From positions 1,206 to 65,205 of the forward strand of contig CAYTWE010000005.1 in the NCBI GenBank assembly GCA_964440985.1: a DNA stretch of 64,000 bases, written 5' to 3'. The notes under the pieces were generated by a model. That model saw only the letters and a program-made list of their open reading frames with translations, did not search any database and was not told the origin of the DNA. The first letter of the stretch is position 1. The number at the start of each line of letters is the position of its first letter. The position numbers and the translations under genes are program-made. The stretch comes from an uncultured Lentisphaeraceae bacterium. Lineage in GTDB: Bacteria > Verrucomicrobiota > Kiritimatiellia > RFP12 > UBA1067. Below are positions 7,932 to 17,592 of this stretch, in pieces.

Positions 7932-10199
7932 ATGAAAAGACCAGTCAGAACATTCCTGCTTGCCGGAGCGGCGCTTTGCTGTGCGCTGCAGTGCGCGGCT
8001 ATGGGCGCGATTGCCCAGGTGGACTACGCTATGTGGGTTGATCCCTTTGTCGGCACGGTTGGCGAGGGCAACACGTTTCCGGGGAGTTGCCGCCCGTTCG
8101 GGCTGGTGCAGGCCAGCCCGGACACCGGCACGAAGGTGCATTGTCCCGGATACAAGTACGACGACACGGTGATACGCGGATTCTCCCAGACGCACCTGAA
8201 CGGCACTGGGCGTCCGGCGATGGGCGATGTGCTGATACTGCCGTTCTCTGACGAGTGGAACGACGCGGCGGCGTTCTCGCCGTTCTCACACGAGACGGAA
8301 GTCGCATCCCCCGACTACTACGCGGTCACGCTCGAACGCGGCGGCATCCGCTGCGAGGCGACTACGACGAAGCGCGTGGCCTGGTGGCGCTTCACGTATC
8401 CGAAGGGCGCGGCGAAGAAGCTTTACGTGGACGGCAACGCGATGCTGATGCAGCCGTACAATCTCAAGTTCGGTCCGCGTCTGCTGGGGGCAACGTCCAC
8501 GCTCCTGTCGGACACCGCCGAGATTCGCGGCTTCAAGCACGGTCGCGGCTGGTCGCCGTACAAACTTTACTACTCGCTGACCTTCAGTCGCACATGGTCG
8601 GCGGCGAAGACCTTGCCGGCGGACGCCTTCGACGGCGCGGGTGAGCGGTACGTCCTTGAGTTCGGCGGTGAGGAGCCGGTCGAGGTGCGCATCGCGCTCT
8701 CCGTGGTGTCCGAAGACGGCGCCGTCCGAAACCGCGATGCCGAGACGAAGGGCGAGACATTCGAGACCGTGCGGGCGGCGAACCGCCGGGAGTGGAACGG
8801 ACTGCTGGGACGCCTGACGCTCGAAAAGGGGACGGATGAGCAGAAGCGCAGCTGGTACACCGCGCTCTACCACCTCCTCATCCAGCCCAACGAGCAGACG
8901 GACGCCGATGGACGCTACCGCACGGCTGACGACCGCATCGCCACGGCAAAGCGGGGGCATTACTCCACCTTCTCGCTGTGGGACACCTTCCGGGCGGCGC
9001 ATCCGCTCTACACGCTGCTGTGTCCGGAGCGCATCTACGGATTCGTGGACTCCATGCTTGCTGTCGGACGCGATCACGGGCATCTGCCCATGTGGACGAT
9101 GTGGGAAAATGACGACCACGGCATGATCGGCATCCACTCCATTCCGGTCATCGTGGACGCCTGGGCGAAGGGCTTCCGCGACTTTGATGCAACAGAGGCG
9201 TTGCGCCTGATGGTGAAGTCCATGATCGGCAACGACGGCGAAAATCCGGTGAACTGCTGGAACGCCTACTGGGAGAACGGCTATTTTCCGTACAAGCCCG
9301 GCGTCTTCGACAAGCACCTGTCGCCCGGCGGCAGCGTATCGCGGACGCTTGAGTTCGCCTACGACTGGTGGTGCATTGGGCATTTCGCCGAGCTGCTGGG
9401 GGACGTGCGGACGCAGCGCGAGGCGCAGAAGTGGGCGGACTGCTGGCGGAACGTCTTTGACGCGAATACCGGGTTTGCGCGTCCGCGCGCTCCGAAGATA
9501 CCCGACGGCGGCGCATGGCGCGAACCGTTCGATCCGCGTCTGCCGCGTGTGCCGGGCGCGTTCTGGGGCGATTACACCGAGGCGAACAGCTGGATCTACA
9601 CCTGGCACGTGTTCCAGGCGCCGGACGCGCTTGCGGCGGCGATGGGCGGGCGCGAGAAGACGGTCGCGAAGCTGGACGAGTTCTTCACTACGCCGCCTGT
9701 GCGCGGCAGCTACAACCGTGACGAGGGCGGCGCATCCGAAGACGGACGCATCAAGGACGGGCAGGTTGGGCAGTACTGGCACGGAAACGAGCCGTCACAC
9801 CACATCGCCTACTTCTATTCGCTCCTCGGCGCACGTGAGAAGACGGCGCGGCTTGTTCGGGCAATCTGCCGTGATGCCTACCAGGCGCGGCCCGATGGGC
9901 TGTGCGGCAACGACGACTGCGGACAGATGAGCGCCTGGTACCTGTTTTCGATGATGGGCTTCTATCCGTTCAACCCCTGCGACGACGGTTATGTCGTCGG
10001 CGCACCGCAGGCGGAGGAGATGCGTCTCTCGCTGCCGGGCGGCAAGTCGCTCAAGATCGTGGCGAAGGGCCTTTCCGAAAAGGCGTTCTGCGTGACGCGC
10101 CTGACGCTCGACGGCGAGGAGATCAAGGGGCATAGGATTCCGCACGGCCTTCTGATGCGCGGCGGCGAACTCGTCTTCGAGATGGGCGAAGCGAAATGA
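7932..10199 (+). CDS. GH92 alpha-1,2-mannosidase, secreted (alternative starts 7914/7920)
   Basis: VDPFVGT..GNTFPG..PFGLVQASPDT, GFSQTHLNGTG, FSLWDTFRAAHPL, SRTLEFAYDWW, YTEANSWIY, WHGNEPSHH, CGNDDCGQMSAWYLF. Confidence 0.92.
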   Translation: MKRPVRTFLLAGAALCCALQCAAMGAIAQVDYAMWVDPFVGTVGEGNTFPGSCRPFGLVQASPDTGTKVHCPGYKYDDTVIRGFSQTHLNGTGRPAMGDVLILPFSDEWNDAAAFSPFSHETEVASPDYYAVTLERGGIRCEATTTKRVAWWRFTYPKGAAKKLYVDGNAMLMQPYNLKFGPRLLGATSTLLSDTAEIRGFKHGRGWSPYKLYYSLTFSRTWSAAKTLPADAFDGAGERYVLEFGGEEPVEVRIALSVVSEDGAVRNRDAETKGETFETVRAANRREWNGLLGRLTLEKGTDEQKRSWYTALYHLLIQPNEQTDADGRYRTADDRIATAKRGHYSTFSLWDTFRAAHPLYTLLCPERIYGFVDSMLAVGRDHGHLPMWTMWENDDHGMIGIHSIPVIVDAWAKGFRDFDATEALRLMVKSMIGNDGENPVNCWNAYWENGYFPYKPGVFDKHLSPGGSVSRTLEFAYDWWCIGHFAELLGDVRTQREAQKWADCWRNVFDANTGFARPRAPKIPDGGAWREPFDPRLPRVPGAFWGDYTEANSWIYTWHVFQAPDALAAAMGGREKTVAKLDEFFTTPPVRGSYNRDEGGASEDGRIKDGQVGQYWHGNEPSHHIAYFYSLLGAREKTARLVRAICRDAYQARPDGLCGNDDCGQMSAWYLFSMMGFYPFNPCDDGYVVGAPQAEEMRLSLPGGKSLKIVAKGLSEKAFCVTRLTLDGEEIKGHRIPHGLLMRGGELVFEMGEAK

Positions 10200-10300
10200 A
10201 TGCAGCCTGATGCGCTGGTTCATTGTGAATGTCGATTGGCGGCTGACAGCCTGAAAATATTTGGACTGCCCTAATTTTGAGAAAAATGTAGCAAGGGGGG

Positions 10301-10329
10301 GTAGAAAAAAAAAATGGTTTTGGTACTAT
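10301..10329 (+). promoter_or_regulatory. Putative promoter (GTAGAA-17 nt-TACTAT, extended TG) with an A10 spacer tract and an upstream G7 tract
   Basis: G7 10295-10301, A10 10305-10314, TGGTACTAT 10321-10329. Confidence 0.5.
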
Positions 10330-10407
10330 TCTCTCTGTTGCGCGTTTAGTCCTCACGCGAGGCTTACGCCAAAGTGCTCTGGCGCTTCGCCAAGAAAGGA
10401 AACGGAG

Positions 10408-11754
10408 ATGAAGAAGGGTTCTGACATTCTGGTCAAGGGAGCGGTGTCGCTCTCGTGTTTTGCCGTTGCTGGCTTGCTGTGTGCGGGCGATGTCCCGATT
10501 GTCACGGATGTTGCGATGGAGCAGAATTCGCGGAAAGTGACAGTCACATACAGCCTGACGGGTGCGCCTGGCATCGTCACCCTGGATTTCGAGACAAACT
10601 TCGTCGATGCCGCCGGCGTGACCGGATGGGCGTCGATCGGCGGAAAGAACATCGGATATGTTACCGGCGATGCCTACCGCATTGTACAGCCAGGCGAAGG
10701 AAGAAAGGCATACTGGGCGGCGGAGAAGTCGTGGCCGGGACGGCGCATCGTCGCGCCGGACAGGATTCGCGCCGTCGTCCGCGCCGTCGCGACCAACACA
10801 CCGCCGGACTACATGGTCTGCAACCTGATAGACGGGACGCGTTTCTACTACGATACCGTCGAGCAGCTGCCGGGCGGGATAGACTCGGACGACTACCGCA
10901 AGCATCTGTTCTTGATGAGGAAGATTCCCGCCAAGGGACGGACGTTCCGGATGGGCATCGCCGCCTCGCAACCGGGGTATGATTCGTATTTTGACACCCC
11001 TCATCTTGTCGGCTTCACGCATGACTACTACATGGGGGTGTTCGAGGTCACGCAGTGGCAGTGGCAGCGAGTCATGAATGTGAATCCGAGCGCAATAAAA
11101 GGCGATCTGCTCCCGGCGGAAACGTTCAACCCCGTAGAAAATCTTTTTGGCAACTACAACCCTGAGCCGATAAGTGAAACTGAAGACAACTATGAGGTGG
11201 GCAGCAGCGGGTTTATCGCGAAGATGCGTACGCTAACCGGTCTTGGAACGTATCTCCATGCGCCAACCGCCGCGCAGTGGGAGTTTGCCTGCCGGGCAGG
11301 GACTGTTACGCAGTTCAACGACGGGACGGATTACACGAGCGATGCGTCCGTGATGAATTCGACGCTGACGAACATCGCCCGCTATGCCGCAAACTCTATC
11401 GTTGTTGGCGCGGACGGCACGGCGACATCGAACGGTGCGGTGCGCGTTGGAACCCTTTTGCCCAATGCGTTCGGACTCTACGACATGCATGGCAACGTGG
11501 CCGAATGGTGCCGGGATCATCGCGCCTGGGAATCGATGAAAAGCTACAGCGATCCAACCCGCGTCTACATCGACCCTGCCGGGCCGACAAACAGCGCGCC
11601 GGATTTCATCTCGACGCATTACGAGAAGCGCGGCGGCGGCTGGTCTGACACCGCAGAGGCCTGCCAAAGCGGTTGGCGTCATGGATCGAACAACTGCTGG
11701 GTGATGAATCGGACAGCCATCGGTGCGCGTCTTTGCTACACGATTGTCGAATGA
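10408..11754 (+). CDS. Secreted SUMF1/FGE-sulfatase-domain (C-type-lectin fold) protein, paralog 1
   Basis: SD AAAGGA; signal peptide; YYMGVFEVTQWQW, PTAAQWEFACRAG, NAFGLYDMHGNVAEWC, RGGGW, IGARL. Confidence 0.85.
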   Translation: MKKGSDILVKGAVSLSCFAVAGLLCAGDVPIVTDVAMEQNSRKVTVTYSLTGAPGIVTLDFETNFVDAAGVTGWASIGGKNIGYVTGDAYRIVQPGEGRKAYWAAEKSWPGRRIVAPDRIRAVVRAVATNTPPDYMVCNLIDGTRFYYDTVEQLPGGIDSDDYRKHLFLMRKIPAKGRTFRMGIAASQPGYDSYFDTPHLVGFTHDYYMGVFEVTQWQWQRVMNVNPSAIKGDLLPAETFNPVENLFGNYNPEPISETEDNYEVGSSGFIAKMRTLTGLGTYLHAPTAAQWEFACRAGTVTQFNDGTDYTSDASVMNSTLTNIARYAANSIVVGADGTATSNGAVRVGTLLPNAFGLYDMHGNVAEWCRDHRAWESMKSYSDPTRVYIDPAGPTNSAPDFISTHYEKRGGGWSDTAEACQSGWRHGSNNCWVMNRTAIGARLCYTIVE

Positions 11755-11769
11755 CGGGAGACTGACGCC

Positions 11770-13284
11770 ATGAAACGCAGATTGTCCTTATGCCTGCTCA
11801 TGCCGGCGATAGCCGCTTCGGCGGTTGGTCCGACGGTGAGTGACGTGTCCATAAAACAGGAAGCCGCCGCGAAGCGTATTGAGGTCGGCTACACGCTTTC
11901 TGGCGCGCCCGCCGTCGTGACGGTCGCGTTCAGCACAAACACCGCCTCCGATGCGTCGGGCGAATGGATTCCGTTGTGCGCATCCACCATGTCCAAGGTT
12001 GTGGGCGATGCGTTTCGCGTGGTGGAAACGGGGAACCGCAAGATATACTGGCTGCCCGACGGAGATTTTGCGTACATTGACGCGGGAGCCGTCAAGGCGG
12101 AAATAAAGGCCTGGCCAACGAACAATCCACCGGACTACCTTGTGTGTGACATTGTCTCGGGTGCCAATTGGTATTATGAGAACGTCGAGCAGCTGCCGGG
12201 CGGCATTGGCTCGGATGACTACCGCAAGCACCTGTTTGTGATGCGCAAGATTCCGGCCAGGAACAAGACGTGGTGGATGTGCGCACAGCCGACATCCGCC
12301 GGATATGACTCGACACGCGAATGCCGGCACCAAGTGATGCTCACAAACGACTACTACATGGGGGTGTTCGAGGTCACGCAATGGCAGTGGAAGAACGTCA
12401 TGGGCGCAGACGACTATTCCTTCACATTCCCGGTCGATGGAGACATGCGGCCGTTTGAAGGCTGCATTCCGGCCAACACCGTGTGGAGCGGCGGTCAGGC
12501 CTGGCCCACGAATTCAGCGGGCGAGACCGTCTTTGCCGTTGGCAACAACTACTTCATCGGGCAACTGCGCACGCGCACGGGTCTCGGCGAACGGCTCTTC
12601 CTGCCGACGGAAGCTCAGTGGGAATTTGCCTGCCGGGCCGGACAGGATCATGACTTCAACGATGGCGGCGATGTCCTGTCACAAGAGGAACTCACGAACC
12701 CGCACCTTGATCTGCTGGGACGCTATGCAGGAAACGGCGGCGTCATTGGCGGCGGCGCGGAGTTCCTGTCCGGGCCGAGCAACGGAACGGCCCGTGTGGG
12801 AAGCTATCTCCCGAACGCCTTTGGTCTGTATGACATGCATGGCAACGTCTCCGAATGGTGCATCGACCTTTACAACATATGGGGAAGCAGGATTCCGCTT
12901 GGCTGGGACAGCGGCGAGATTCAGGTGGATCCACTTGGCGATTCAGTTGACGATATCGGATACGGCACATGGCGGTGCGCCAGGGGCGGGAACTGGTCAT
13001 CGCCCCCATCCGCCTGCCGCGCATCCGACCGAAGCGTGGCCTTCCAGTTCTGGCTAAGCGATTGCGTGAAGTACTGCGGATTCAGAATGTGCCTAACGCT
13101 GTCCGGCGGCGAGGAACAGTCATCTGTCGCATCTGCCACTGCCACAGGAATCGCCACTGCGTACGGCTCATTTCGGTCTGATGACGGAATGGGGGATTTC
13201 GACACGCGCTTCGAGAGCGTCGGCACTGGCGAAGCGACATCGTTCCGTTCGGAGAAGTTCGGTTCTGTTTTCACGATAAGGTAA
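11770..13284 (+). CDS. Secreted SUMF1/FGE-sulfatase-domain protein, paralog 2, with a C-terminal linker and GSVFTIR tail
   Basis: YYMGVFEVTQWQW, LPTEAQWEFACRAG, NAFGLYDMHGNVSEWC, RGGNW, CGFRMC. Confidence 0.85.
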   Translation: MKRRLSLCLLMPAIAASAVGPTVSDVSIKQEAAAKRIEVGYTLSGAPAVVTVAFSTNTASDASGEWIPLCASTMSKVVGDAFRVVETGNRKIYWLPDGDFAYIDAGAVKAEIKAWPTNNPPDYLVCDIVSGANWYYENVEQLPGGIGSDDYRKHLFVMRKIPARNKTWWMCAQPTSAGYDSTRECRHQVMLTNDYYMGVFEVTQWQWKNVMGADDYSFTFPVDGDMRPFEGCIPANTVWSGGQAWPTNSAGETVFAVGNNYFIGQLRTRTGLGERLFLPTEAQWEFACRAGQDHDFNDGGDVLSQEELTNPHLDLLGRYAGNGGVIGGGAEFLSGPSNGTARVGSYLPNAFGLYDMHGNVSEWCIDLYNIWGSRIPLGWDSGEIQVDPLGDSVDDIGYGTWRCARGGNWSSPPSACRASDRSVAFQFWLSDCVKYCGFRMCLTLSGGEEQSSVASATATGIATAYGSFRSDDGMGDFDTRFESVGTGEATSFRSEKFGSVFTIR

Positions 13285-13292
13285 GGTGACGA

Positions 13293-16200
13293 ATGGGTGT
13301 CTCAATGATGTTCTCACGCATTGATCCGGTAAAGGCGATATGCGCAGCATTCCTTTTTGCGTTCTCGGCGGCTGTCGCAGATGAAAGGATCGTGAACGGT
13401 TCGTTTGCCGCCGGATCAAGTGGATGGTCGATCTATCGTGGCCATGTGGATGCTGCCGTTTCCCGCGACAGGCCGGGCGGCAGTCTTCGCCTTGAGTTCG
13501 CGGACGGAATGAAGGGTCAGGCGATTGCGCACCAGAAGGTTGCGTTGAACCAGGAAGAGGCGGCCCCGTTTGCGTATTCCGTCTGGACAAAGTGCGAGGG
13601 TCTGCCGCAAGAGGCAGTGCCGTCGCATGACAACTTCGGAATCGAGCTGTGCGTCAACTACCGGGACGGCAGAAGCCAGTGGATATCGACAAAGCGGGCG
13701 CCGGGCGTCGGTACACACGGATGGGAGCGACTGGCCGGACACTTTGTGCCGCCGAGAGCCGTGAAGGAGGTCATCTTCTATGCACGGCTCAGGCTTGCCG
13801 GAAAGGCGTGGTTCGATGAATTTTCGCTCGATTCGTTCCTGCCGCCCCGAAACGATCTTCCGGGATGCACCATCAGGGAGGAGACAGGGACGTTCGTCCT
13901 TGAGAATGGCTACATGCGCCTTGTCTTCGAGCCTGCAAAGGGCGGCACCTGCCGGGAATTCACAGTGAAGGCCACGGGCATAAACTACGCCGGCGATCTG
14001 CATCCAAACGCTCGCCTCTTCACTGACAGGTTGCGTGTTGGCGGCAAGTCGTACGACCGCGTCTACCATGCGGAGGTTCTGCGGAACACTCCGGAAGAAG
14101 CCGCGCTGCGCCTGTCGCTGACCGCCCCAGACGGATACCCCTTCCTTGAACTGTCGAAGACGTTCCGGATCACGTCCCGCTCGGCGGCGCTTGAATGCAC
14201 ATATTCATACCGGAACCTGCCGGAATCGATGTCCGCGCAGGTCTTTGAACCGTACTTCCGCAACGGTATGGCCGCGTTCAAGCGTCCGGGGCAACGCTAT
14301 CTCGTCCCGACGGCGAATGGCGTTCGCCGAATCGGTCCGACGGGCGGCAACATGCCGTTAACAAACGCAGTTGCCGGATGGGTGGCGGCGGCGGACGGCG
14401 CGGGCGGTACGCTCGTCTGCGAGTTTGACTACTCAAGGCTCGCCTCCGAATACTTCTGGCTCGGTGGAGTTGACGATACGACGGCGGAATGGACGTTCCA
14501 GCCCGTAGAGGTTGCCGCCGGCGGAAGGTTCGAGACAACGCTCACCCTCTACCCGGCAACGGGGATGAAATGCCCCGACGGAGCGGAGAACGGCATCTGC
14601 GCGTCGTTTCCGGTCGGCGACGACGGAAGCGTATCTGTCGAGCTGATGGCGGCGAAACGTTATCTTGTGGAGGCGGAGATTGAGCTTGTCAAGACTGACG
14701 GATCGACGCAGAGGGTCTCGCGCACGGTGCAGCTTGTGCCCGATGCGGCTGTTCGGTTGCCGCTTGACGCAAAGGCAAAGGACTTGAAGGTTGCGCGTGC
14801 AGTCGCAAAGGAATCAGGCCGCGCCGTGTTTGAGACGGAACATCCGTTCGCGTCCGACGTCATCGTCAAGCCGCGAAAGGCGAAGGCGAAGCCGGCCGAA
14901 CTTAAGCCGTTCGAGCTCAAGCTCTCCGAAGAGCTGGTCACGCCGCATACGGCGTGGATGAAGCCGTACGCCGGCGGCAGACTGAAGGTGTTTTTCCTTG
15001 TCGATCTGCGCCACGCACGTGAAGTCGTGGAACTTGCCCAGCGCCTTGAGCTTGACCACCGCGTAATCCGCATTGCCGACCACCGCGACATCATGGCGTG
15101 GGGAATGTGCGACCGCTACGGACGCTTCACGTATGAGGATGCGAACCTTTCGCTGAAGCAGGAGCTGTCGCGTCCGCTCGACGCAATCGTAATCGCCGGC
15201 AATCTATGGCGGCACGTCGATGCGGCAAACCGCGCCACAATCGCACGGCTGGCCGCGTCAGGCGTGGGAATCGTGGAAATCGGGATGAAGCAGCCGATTG
15301 TGCCTGACGCCGCACCCGACACCGCCGGGACAAGATACATAAAGTCCGCCATTGACGATGTGCTTCTGCCGTACGGCGCGAACCGTATTGCGGCGTTTTC
15401 CGGCGGGAGGATGCGGGCGGCGCGAATCGACCGCCCGGCAGACGGCGGACTGACGCCGGTCATCCCGTACGACAAACCGGAGCCGCCTTTCAGGTATCAG
15501 GACTACTCGCTCGGCATACTGGCCCGTGCCGTCGCATGGGCGGCAAACCGTGTTGTGCCAGTGCCATCGGACGCCAGAAAATGCGTTGAGACGGTCGACG
15601 TCCCGGGGGGCGGGATGAAGATTGTCCATACGTTCTTCCGTGACGGCGAGGGACGCGTCTGCGACTGGTCGGCCAAGGCTGAAGGGCAGCCGGCGACGGG
15701 TGCGGCGTCGGCACGGAAGGTGGCGCGTCTTTTCCCGGAGGACGGAACGTACAGGATGCCGTTTGCTGTTGGCGAAAGCTTCTACCGCAGTGCGCCAAGG
15801 CGGTATCTGAATCCGCTCCGCTTCAGTCAATACAAGGCGATCGGCGTAAACGAGCTGCGGTACTGGCACTCGGAGGACAGAAGCCCGTTCTTCGACGAGG
15901 CGCGTCAGATGGGATTCCGCATGAACTTTCCTCTCACCGGTACGCATCTCTGGAAGTTCACCGAAGAGTTCTCCGAGCCGTACGCGAAGACGAAAGACAA
16001 GCGCTATCTCTGCCGAAAGCCCTGCTTCAACGATCCGGACTACATTGCCGCCGACCGCGCACGGATTGAGAAGGGCATCGAGGGACGGAAGCGCTACGCC
16101 CCGACGAGCTTCGACTGCGGCGACGAAAACTCCCTCACGCTCTGGGGAACTTCATTTGATTTCTGCTTCTCGAAGCTAACGCTGGCGGCGGAACGCAAGT

Positions 16201-17525
16201 GGCTCCGCGAGACGTACGGCTCACTTGAGAAACTGAACGCCTCGTGGAAGACGGCGTTCGCCTCCTGGGATGAAGTGACGCCGCTCACCACTGATGAAGC
16301 GCTTGCCGCGCATTCCAAGGATCGTCAATGGGCGGCATGGGCGGATCACCGGCGGTTCATGGAGCTTACGTACTGCGGCTATTTCCGTTCGGTGAAGGCG
16401 GCTATCGACGCCAAATGTCCCGGTGTGCCGCTTGATATGTCCGGAACGCAGCCGCCAAACGGGTACACTGGAATGGACATGTGGCTGCTCTCCGACGCTA
16501 TCGGAGTGTGCGCGGCATACGATCAGGAAAACCTCGCAGAGATTGTCCGCTCATTCAGACGGCCTCTCATCAAGCCGTGGTACGGCTACGGCGCCTCCGG
16601 GCCGGACGTCGAACGCAGGGTGTGGTTTGATGCATTGCGTTTCAGGAACTTTGGAGTATCCTACTTCGACGGGATGAACGTTCTGAATCCTGACTTCACC
16701 GTTCCGGATCAGGTGAAAGAGCTGTCCTCGGCTCTTAGATTCTTCATCGACGGCGGTGCGGCGCTGCTCAAAACGCTCGATGAGCGTCCGCAGGCGCTGA
16801 TTCACTATTCCCAGGCATCCATCCACGCCGCGCAGATTGAAAAACGGTACGACTCCTTCCTTGCGTCACGTGCGGTGTGGTGCAAACTGCTTGACGACAT
16901 GAACATTTCCTACCGCTTTGTCGCATACGGCGAGATCGAGTCCGGGGAACTCCGGAAAACGACGGCGCGTGTCCTCATCCTGCCGGAGTCCTCCGCCCTC
17001 TCGGAGAAGGAAGCCGCCGAAATGCGGGCGTTCGCCGCAAACGGCGGATGCGTGGTTGGGGACAGGTTTTCAGCGACGCATGACATCCACTGCAACCTTC
17101 TTGCATCAGGCGCACTTGACGATCTGTTCGTGGCGAGAAAGGGCGCGGTGCGCATCGACCGTGTGCTGCCGCAGTACAATACGCTACGCATGACGGAACG
17201 CACCGTCGCCGAAGCGGTGGCCTATCGGGATTCGATCGCCGCAAAGTTCTCGCGCTTCCTGCCTGATGTCGGAGTGCGGTATCGGTCGAAGGGCATCACG
17301 GGCGTAAGGACTTTCACGCTGTTCCCGGTCGATGGAGGGGGGAAGACTTACCTTGGCTTTGTGCGCGAAGGAGAATCCAACGGCTCGGACGGCATCACGG
17401 AGGTTGCATGGCCTGGGCGGCGAAACGTGCGGGATCTTCGCACAGGACGGGATCTTGGCCTGCGCAGCGGGATGACGGTCACGCTCGAACCGTATCAGGC
17501 GGCATTCTACGAACTTTCGAGGTAG
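13293..17525 (+). CDS. Large secreted multidomain glycoside hydrolase, GH42/beta-galactosidase-like (CBM-like N-terminus, TIM barrel, trimerisation domain)
   Basis: Signal peptide; jelly-roll motif GTHGWERL; CFNDPDY, DCGDENSL, WLRETYGSLEKLNASWKTAFASWDEV, WADHRRFME; VLILPESSALS...FAANGGCVVGD. Confidence 0.65.
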   Translation: MGVSMMFSRIDPVKAICAAFLFAFSAAVADERIVNGSFAAGSSGWSIYRGHVDAAVSRDRPGGSLRLEFADGMKGQAIAHQKVALNQEEAAPFAYSVWTKCEGLPQEAVPSHDNFGIELCVNYRDGRSQWISTKRAPGVGTHGWERLAGHFVPPRAVKEVIFYARLRLAGKAWFDEFSLDSFLPPRNDLPGCTIREETGTFVLENGYMRLVFEPAKGGTCREFTVKATGINYAGDLHPNARLFTDRLRVGGKSYDRVYHAEVLRNTPEEAALRLSLTAPDGYPFLELSKTFRITSRSAALECTYSYRNLPESMSAQVFEPYFRNGMAAFKRPGQRYLVPTANGVRRIGPTGGNMPLTNAVAGWVAAADGAGGTLVCEFDYSRLASEYFWLGGVDDTTAEWTFQPVEVAAGGRFETTLTLYPATGMKCPDGAENGICASFPVGDDGSVSVELMAAKRYLVEAEIELVKTDGSTQRVSRTVQLVPDAAVRLPLDAKAKDLKVARAVAKESGRAVFETEHPFASDVIVKPRKAKAKPAELKPFELKLSEELVTPHTAWMKPYAGGRLKVFFLVDLRHAREVVELAQRLELDHRVIRIADHRDIMAWGMCDRYGRFTYEDANLSLKQELSRPLDAIVIAGNLWRHVDAANRATIARLAASGVGIVEIGMKQPIVPDAAPDTAGTRYIKSAIDDVLLPYGANRIAAFSGGRMRAARIDRPADGGLTPVIPYDKPEPPFRYQDYSLGILARAVAWAANRVVPVPSDARKCVETVDVPGGGMKIVHTFFRDGEGRVCDWSAKAEGQPATGAASARKVARLFPEDGTYRMPFAVGESFYRSAPRRYLNPLRFSQYKAIGVNELRYWHSEDRSPFFDEARQMGFRMNFPLTGTHLWKFTEEFSEPYAKTKDKRYLCRKPCFNDPDYIAADRARIEKGIEGRKRYAPTSFDCGDENSLTLWGTSFDFCFSKLTLAAERKWLRETYGSLEKLNASWKTAFASWDEVTPLTTDEALAAHSKDRQWAAWADHRRFMELTYCGYFRSVKAAIDAKCPGVPLDMSGTQPPNGYTGMDMWLLSDAIGVCAAYDQENLAEIVRSFRRPLIKPWYGYGASGPDVERRVWFDALRFRNFGVSYFDGMNVLNPDFTVPDQVKELSSALRFFIDGGAALLKTLDERPQALIHYSQASIHAAQIEKRYDSFLASRAVWCKLLDDMNISYRFVAYGEIESGELRKTTARVLILPESSALSEKEAAEMRAFAANGGCVVGDRFSATHDIHCNLLASGALDDLFVARKGAVRIDRVLPQYNTLRMTERTVAEAVAYRDSIAAKFSRFLPDVGVRYRSKGITGVRTFTLFPVDGGGKTYLGFVREGESNGSDGITEVAWPGRRNVRDLRTGRDLGLRSGMTVTLEPYQAAFYELSR

Positions 17526-17538
17526 TGCGGCATTCCGT

Positions 17539-17573
17539 GGCGGCGTATTGTGCGTTGATGCAATTTCGCCGCC
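17539..17573. terminator. Imperfect hairpin between convergent genes
   Basis: GGCGGCG (17539-17545) pairs with CGCCGCC (17567-17573), with internal ATTG.GC/GCAAT pairing; no clear U-tract. Confidence 0.3.
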
Positions 17574-17592
17574 GGACACGCCGCCGGGCGGC

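Noticed and set aside
8286-9782. Long antisense ORFs (also 1735-2805, 2866-3843, 42117-43403, 47126-48544, 49316-50470, 51665-53191)
   Set aside because: All lie opposite well-supported genes and show no motifs or start signals.
6943-10199. Frameshifted single gene joining 6943-7887 with GH92
   Set aside because: The GH92 has its own signal peptide and a complete N-terminus, so two genes is the simpler reading.
11600-13100. Complete diversity-generating retroelement
   Set aside because: FGE/CLec genes are present, but there is no reverse transcriptase, no avd, and no template repeat with adenine-only differences in the window.
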